Shown: piece by piece, positions 62,901-64,000 of the stretch
Layout: every line of letters begins with the position of its first letter
How positions within the stretch are numbered: position 1 is the first letter of the stretch
Origin: Octopus vulgaris
Taxonomy: Eukaryota
Direction of reading: 5' to 3'
Assembly: GCA_951406725.2 (NCBI GenBank)
Contig: OX597823.1
Span: forward strand, 24,304,001 to 24,368,000
DNA length: 64,000 bases
Program-made: the position numbers and the translations under genes
Notes under the pieces: model-generated
What the model saw: the letters and a program-made list of their open reading frames with translations, nothing else
What the model was told of the DNA's origin: nothing
Database searches by the model: none

Positions 62901-63395
62901 CAGGACTAATCAACAGAGCATCAGATAAAAAATGTTTTGTGGCATTTGTTCTGGCTCTTTAACTTCTGAGTTCAAATTTGGTTGGTGTCAACTCTAACTT
63001 TCCAGGGCCAATAAAATAAAATACTAGTCAATTATAGAGGCCGGTTTAATCAATTAACCCCTAGCTCAAATTTTTGTCCTTTTTGTTTTCCATGTTAGAA
63101 ATTATTATTACTGTTAATGTTGTTTCCATTTGTCTAAATTTTTATTTAATTCTAGTTGCTCAGATCCATTTTGTGAAAGTAAAAGGTGCAGCTCTGGATA
63201 TAGCAGGGAAATCATTGTGGAAAGAGAAAAAAGTAACACCAGAAGCCTGTGCAAATGAATGTCTGACTGATAAAAAATGTTTATCATTTGAAATAAAGAA
63301 AAAAAGTGGGAAATGTTACTTGTCAAAAGAAACTGCAGCTACCTCTAAGGAAATTAAATCAGACAACAGCAGAGATTACTACCAAAAAGTAAAAC
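2865..63395 (+). CDS. Partial multi-exon gene encoding an extracellular-type tandem (PAN/apple - Sushi/CCP - PAN/apple)n protein; join(2865-3098,5053-5220,6592-6831,12325-12558,15069-15236,19319-19489,21905-22144,25548-25781,33920-34090,37243-37482,42241-42474,53729-53899,55063-55302,58216-58446,60255-60422,63156-63395)
   Basis: 16 exons, each AG/GT flanked with a pyrimidine-rich acceptor, lengths all divisible by 3, all phase 1. All 15 junction codons are sense, giving 3384 nt open. Cys spacing is invariant within each exon class. The 5' and 3' ends of the gene are not seen in the window. Confidence 0.85.
3284..3502. mobile_element. piggyBac-type MITE
   Basis: TTAA at 3280-3283 and 3503-3506; TIR CCCTTTCATTAC / GTAATGAAAGGG; excision restores the Penelope frame YIWSLKEQG. 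Confidence 0.85.
4823..4897 (+). ncRNA. Minimal type I hammerhead ribozyme motif
   Basis: Stem I TTGTC-T-TAATAA / TTATTA-T-GACAA; core CTGATGA (4835-4841); imperfect stem II hairpin; GAAA (4873-4876); short stem III TTC-T-GAG; cleavage triplet GTA (4883-4885). Confidence 0.7.
5053..5220 (+). CDS. Exon S1: compact Sushi/CCP-like domain
   Basis: aag|TT...AAAA|gtaatg; 168 nt; [55 protein letters not shown]. Not in the ORF track. Confidence 0.85.
6592..6831 (+). CDS. Exon A1: Lys-rich PAN/apple-like domain type A
   Basis: ccag|TT...AAAC|gtaatt; 240 nt; ...[27 protein letters not shown]...YYQRIK. Confidence 0.87.
6997..7210 (+). mobile_element. tRNA-derived SINE, second family (core TTTGCCTTTCAT...AAATTAAGTACCAG)
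   Basis: Related copies at about 1515-1625, 11283-11490 and 11540-11755, and decayed copies upstream of each type A exon. Confidence 0.7.
7700..8470 (+). mobile_element. Old Penelope-like RT relic shared with 40860-41640
   Basis: [12 protein letters not shown]...[22 protein letters not shown] resembles the Penelope RT YRDD...LKITI.TN region; colinear with the block after exon A3. Confidence 0.55.
8700..9020 (+). mobile_element. R4/Dong-like LINE RT fragment
   Basis: FVDNRKSY...[17 protein letters not shown] resembles YMDDLKL...[14 protein letters not shown] of the 37793-40330 element. Confidence 0.55.
9026..10956 (-). mobile_element. Decayed Ty3/Gypsy LTR retrotransposon (gag-protease-RT, 3' truncated), probably Mag-like
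   Basis: Gag knuckle [13 protein letters not shown]; protease LDMGSDIS; RT motifs [30 protein letters not shown] and KYLGQII...[14 protein letters not shown]-like TGGCAACAAGGAT (10937-10949) follows ...TAACA. Confidence 0.85.
11283..11755 (+). mobile_element. Two tandem SINE copies (same family as 6997-7210)
   Basis: Each has GTTCAAATTC/GATCAAATTC followed by TTTGCCTTTCATC and a GCCTTGT/GCATTGT...AGAA end. Confidence 0.65.
12325..12558 (+). CDS. Exon B2: PAN/apple-like domain type B
   Basis: ctag|CC...CCAG|gtcagt; 234 nt; ...[43 protein letters not shown]...WDIHIINP. Confidence 0.88.
13040..13610 (-). mobile_element. R4/Dong-like RLE LINE 3' fragment with (TAA)n end
   Basis: RPDIV...LIDVSIP...[28 protein letters not shown] restriction-like endonuclease region; abuts (TTA)n at about 13005-13040. 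Confidence 0.8.
13735..14345 (+). mobile_element. RLE-type LINE 3' fragment interrupted by (CATA)n/(CAAA)n
   Basis: [30 protein letters not shown]...KLGFS; a related fragment lies at 46840-47200. Confidence 0.55.
14347..14926. repeat. Perfect (CATA)n microsatellite, about 580 bp
   Basis: Direct read; produces the MYVC-repeat ORFs. Confidence 0.97.
15069..15236 (+). CDS. Exon S2: compact Sushi/CCP-like domain
   Basis: ccag|TT...GAAG|gtaatg; 168 nt; [55 protein letters not shown]. Confidence 0.85.
15290..15500 (-). mobile_element. Penelope-like RT fragment
   Basis: [20 protein letters not shown]...[33 protein letters not shown]. Confidence 0.75.
15785..16950 (-). mobile_element. RTE LINE 3' end (RT C-terminus plus 3' UTR, (GAT)n tail)
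   Basis: [52 protein letters not shown]; the UTR matches 30690-31235. Confidence 0.85.
17260..19270. mobile_element. Further RTE 3'-UTR copy (+, about 17260-17755) and older decayed RTE (-, about 17800-19270)
   Basis: GAGTGGTTGG...GGAAGGGCATCCAGCT...CATGCTAGCATGGAAAGCAGACGTTAAACGATGAT tail; decayed RT on the minus strand. Confidence 0.65.
19319..19489 (+). CDS. Exon S3: compact Sushi/CCP-like domain
   Basis: tcag|CC...AAAG|gtaatg; 171 nt; [56 protein letters not shown]. Confidence 0.85.
21905..22144 (+). CDS. Exon A2: PAN/apple-like domain type A
   Basis: atag|AT...AAAC|gtaatt; 240 nt; ...[26 protein letters not shown]...DYYQKVK. Confidence 0.87.
22758..23170 (-). mobile_element. Mariner transposon 3' fragment
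   Basis: [33 protein letters not shown] is a mariner transposase C-terminus; a TIR-like end lies near 22760. Confidence 0.75.
23285..24030 (-). mobile_element. Ty3/Gypsy integrase 3' fragment with polypurine tract
   Basis: [29 protein letters not shown] integrase motif; AAAGGGGGAGA followed by TGTTGTGGC (PPT and LTR start) near 23295. Confidence 0.75.
24035..24860 (-). mobile_element. R4/Dong-like RLE LINE 3' fragment
   Basis: MHGQFHR...[21 protein letters not shown]...[18 protein letters not shown] (CCHC knuckle). Confidence 0.8.
25548..25781 (+). CDS. Exon B3: PAN/apple-like domain type B
   Basis: ccag|GA...CCAG|gtcagt; 234 nt; ...[29 protein letters not shown]...WDIYIVNP. Confidence 0.88.
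26700..27560 (+). mobile_element. Decayed RTE/BovB-like LINE 3' fragment with C2H2-like C-terminus
   Basis: [53 protein letters not shown]. Confidence 0.7.
27661..28290 (-). mobile_element. CR1-clade LINE 3' fragment with (TAAC)n tail
   Basis: [13 protein letters not shown]...[10 protein letters not shown] and [25 protein letters not shown] are CR1 hallmarks. Confidence 0.85.
28580..29757 (+). mobile_element. Near full-length decayed mariner transposon
   Basis: [15 protein letters not shown]...RRWFVKF.T.DFSLED, ...VTSD.KWV, ...FFSLKPKE; imperfect TIR-like ends. Confidence 0.75.
29770..30250 (-). mobile_element. RTE LINE RT fragment with Cys/His-rich PHD-like segment
   Basis: [11 protein letters not shown]...AKTKV...[28 protein letters not shown]...FVCDRC...VVNSFCYL. 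Confidence 0.75.
30258..30318. repeat. Perfect 28-bp inverted repeat with 5-nt loop
   Basis: TATATATCAGTTGAATAAAGTTAAAACA-TGATC-TGTTTTAACTTTATTCAACTGATATATA. Confidence 0.9.
30440..31235 (+). mobile_element. Relatively young RTE LINE 3' end
   Basis: [24 protein letters not shown]...[14 protein letters not shown], stop, UTR with internal repeats and (GAT)n tail; CpGs retained. Confidence 0.88.
31400..31900 (+). mobile_element. Penelope GIY-YIG fragment
   Basis: DIVYKCVV...TYIGSTS...[13 protein letters not shown]...LKWEII. Confidence 0.75.
32350..33190 (+). mobile_element. Decayed RTE RT fragment
   Basis: [30 protein letters not shown], with stops and frameshifts. Confidence 0.65.
33920..34090 (+). 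CDS. Exon S4: compact Sushi/CCP-like domain
   Basis: ctag|CT...GAAG|gtaaat; 171 nt; [56 protein letters not shown]. Confidence 0.85.
37243..37482 (+). CDS. Exon A3: PAN/apple-like domain type A
   Basis: tcag|AT...AACT|gtaatt; 240 nt; ...[27 protein letters not shown]...DYYQRIN. Confidence 0.85.
37793..40330 (+). mobile_element. 5'-truncated R4/Dong-like non-LTR retrotransposon (RT, CCHC knuckle, restriction-like endonuclease), flanked by (TAA)n
   Basis: [84 protein letters not shown]; several stops; (TAA)n at 37741-37791 and 40333-40358. Confidence 0.9.
40860..41800 (+). mobile_element. Old Penelope-like RT relic (paralogous to 7700-8470)
   Basis: [13 protein letters not shown]...[26 protein letters not shown]. 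Confidence 0.55.
42241..42474 (+). CDS. Exon B4: PAN/apple-like domain type B
   Basis: ctag|CG...CCAG|gtcagt; 234 nt; ...[43 protein letters not shown]...WDTYIINP. Confidence 0.88.
42590..43780 (-). mobile_element. Decayed RTE LINE 3' end
   Basis: (GAT)n tail and UTR similarity on the minus strand; RIGWRKFRQ-like peptide near 43650-43690. Confidence 0.55.
44497..46650 (-). mobile_element. 5'-truncated RTE/BovB-like LINE with long RT ORF, three C-terminal C2H2-like fingers and (TGAA)n tail, inserted in (CATA)n
   Basis: [57 protein letters not shown]; CNVC...HLRSH, CRAC...HAKVH, CQFC...HIRSQ. Confidence 0.9.
47355..48637 (-). mobile_element. Full-length decayed mariner transposon (about 1.28 kb) nested in an RTE tail
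   Basis: About 38-bp imperfect TIRs (GTGTTCATTAAA...TCACTTC), TA on both sides; transposase N-terminus [31 protein letters not shown]. Confidence 0.85.
49950..51715 (-). mobile_element. Penelope-like element fragment with inverted terminal (pLTR-like) repeats
   Basis: Minus strand [21 protein letters not shown] and HTYIGSTAN (GIY-YIG); 49950-50260 is an inverted copy of 51375-51715. Confidence 0.7.
51900..53200 (+). mobile_element. Decayed RTE LINE 3' portion
   Basis: [33 protein letters not shown] remnants. Confidence 0.6.
53729..53899 (+). CDS. Exon S5: compact Sushi/CCP-like domain
   Basis: ccag|CT...AACG|gtaaca; 171 nt; [56 protein letters not shown]. Confidence 0.85.
55063..55302 (+). 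CDS. Exon A4: PAN/apple-like domain type A
   Basis: ctag|AT...AAAC|gtaatt; 240 nt; ...[26 protein letters not shown]...DYYQRVK. Confidence 0.87.
58216..58446 (+). CDS. Exon B5: PAN/apple-like domain type B
   Basis: ccag|CT...CCAG|gtcagt; 231 nt; ...[29 protein letters not shown]...WDIYIPLP. Confidence 0.88.
58590..58865 (-). mobile_element. SINE fragment (same family as 2063-2682)
   Basis: The reverse complement matches both halves of the 2063-2682 element. Confidence 0.65.
59380..59560 (+). mobile_element. Penelope GIY-YIG fragment
   Basis: [21 protein letters not shown]...VSEHIERC. Confidence 0.7.
60255..60422 (+). CDS. Exon S6: compact Sushi/CCP-like domain
   Basis: ccag|CC...AAAG|gtaatg; 168 nt; [55 protein letters not shown]. 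Confidence 0.86.
60901..61187. repeat. Recent local tandem duplication, about 142-145 bp x2
   Basis: TCTATACTAGAAGTCAGCAATAATCTAAAACAGATTTCTGATTCT occurs at 60921 and 61066. Confidence 0.85.
62647..62903. mobile_element. hAT-type MITE
   Basis: Ends CAATGGTTCCCAAA / TTTGGGAACTACAG; 8-bp flanks GAGTAATC and GACTAATC (7/8 match); absent from the paralogous introns. Confidence 0.7.
63156..63395 (+). CDS. Exon A5: PAN/apple-like domain type A
   Basis: ctag|TT...AAAC|gtaata; 240 nt; ...[27 protein letters not shown]...DYYQKVK. Confidence 0.87.
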
Positions 63396-64000
63396 GTAAT
63401 AATTCTTTGTGTTTTGTCATTGGAATTCTCTTTTCCTTTTTTTATTCATGAAATTTGTGATTCTATTTGTACTTCATTGTATATAGACAACTATTTCTGT
63501 AAAAGTATTGACAGGTTTACCTATGAGGACAGTTATAGAAATTTTGATGAAAAAGGTGTTATCATGAAAATATTGTTTGGGCATTTTCACACAAAATTGG
63601 TTCACATTGAACACTATTATGCATGTTTTCAGTTTTTTTCTGTGTAAGAAAGGAGACTCTTGTTCTTTTTCTTAAACCTGAGCAGCAGCAATGGCAGCAG
63701 CAGCGGCGGTGGTGAAGGAGGTGGTGGTGGTGGTGGTAGTAGTAAGAATAATTTCAAATTTTGGCAGAAGGCCAACAGTTTTAAGGCAACAGTGTTTATT
63801 TATACCACCGTCCACTGTTCTTGACTGGTATTATGTTGTATTTACACCAGAAGGACAAAAAGCAGTTTTCCCTGACAGAGTTTAAAACATCTAGGGTCTT
63901 CCACTGTGTGCTTCAACCTTCCAGAGTTTAACAAACATCTTCAGCAGTATTAATTCTTGTGGAAGGATGTGAGGAGGCATGATATGACCTTCATTGCCAC

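Noticed and set aside
2865-63395. Model of five separate small tandem genes, each ending at the NPG(Q)-stop
   Set aside because: No shared leader or signal-peptide exon or promoter-like block was seen between B and S exons. B exons end in good phase-1 donors and S exons start with phase-1 acceptors. Not fully excluded without transcripts.
6832-63451. Hydrophobic read-through tails after A exons (for example [33 protein letters not shown]) as TM or GPI anchors
   Set aside because: Lengths and frames differ among copies (A4 is shifted), and T-rich intron sequence naturally encodes hydrophobic residues. Would need retained-intron transcripts.

Overview
Eukaryotic, AT-rich, repeat-dense genomic DNA. 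The SINE/RTE repeat families and microsatellite load look like Octopus (coleoid cephalopod); this is an inference, not a database result. Almost all ORFs in the supplied track are artefacts of microsatellites or transposon fragments. The real content is one large + strand gene fragment with 16 short coding exons spread over 2865-63395. There are three exon classes: PAN/apple-like type B (231-234 nt), a compact Sushi/CCP-like module (168-171 nt) and a Lys-rich PAN/apple-like type A (240 nt). Their order is B-S-A-B-S-S-A-B-S-A-B-S-A-B-S-A. Every exon is AG...GT bounded, a multiple of 3 and phase 1-1, and they join into a stop-free 3384-nt (1128-codon) frame; no start or stop exon is seen in the window. 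The introns are partly homologous between units, so the gene grew by tandem duplication of whole genomic blocks, with signs of a two-unit higher-order period. The introns were later invaded by RTE, R4/Dong-like, CR1, Penelope, Ty3/Gypsy, mariner, piggyBac- and hAT-type MITEs and SINEs. One Penelope tail carries a well-formed minimal type I hammerhead ribozyme motif on the gene's sense strand (4823-4897). I cannot assign a gene name.
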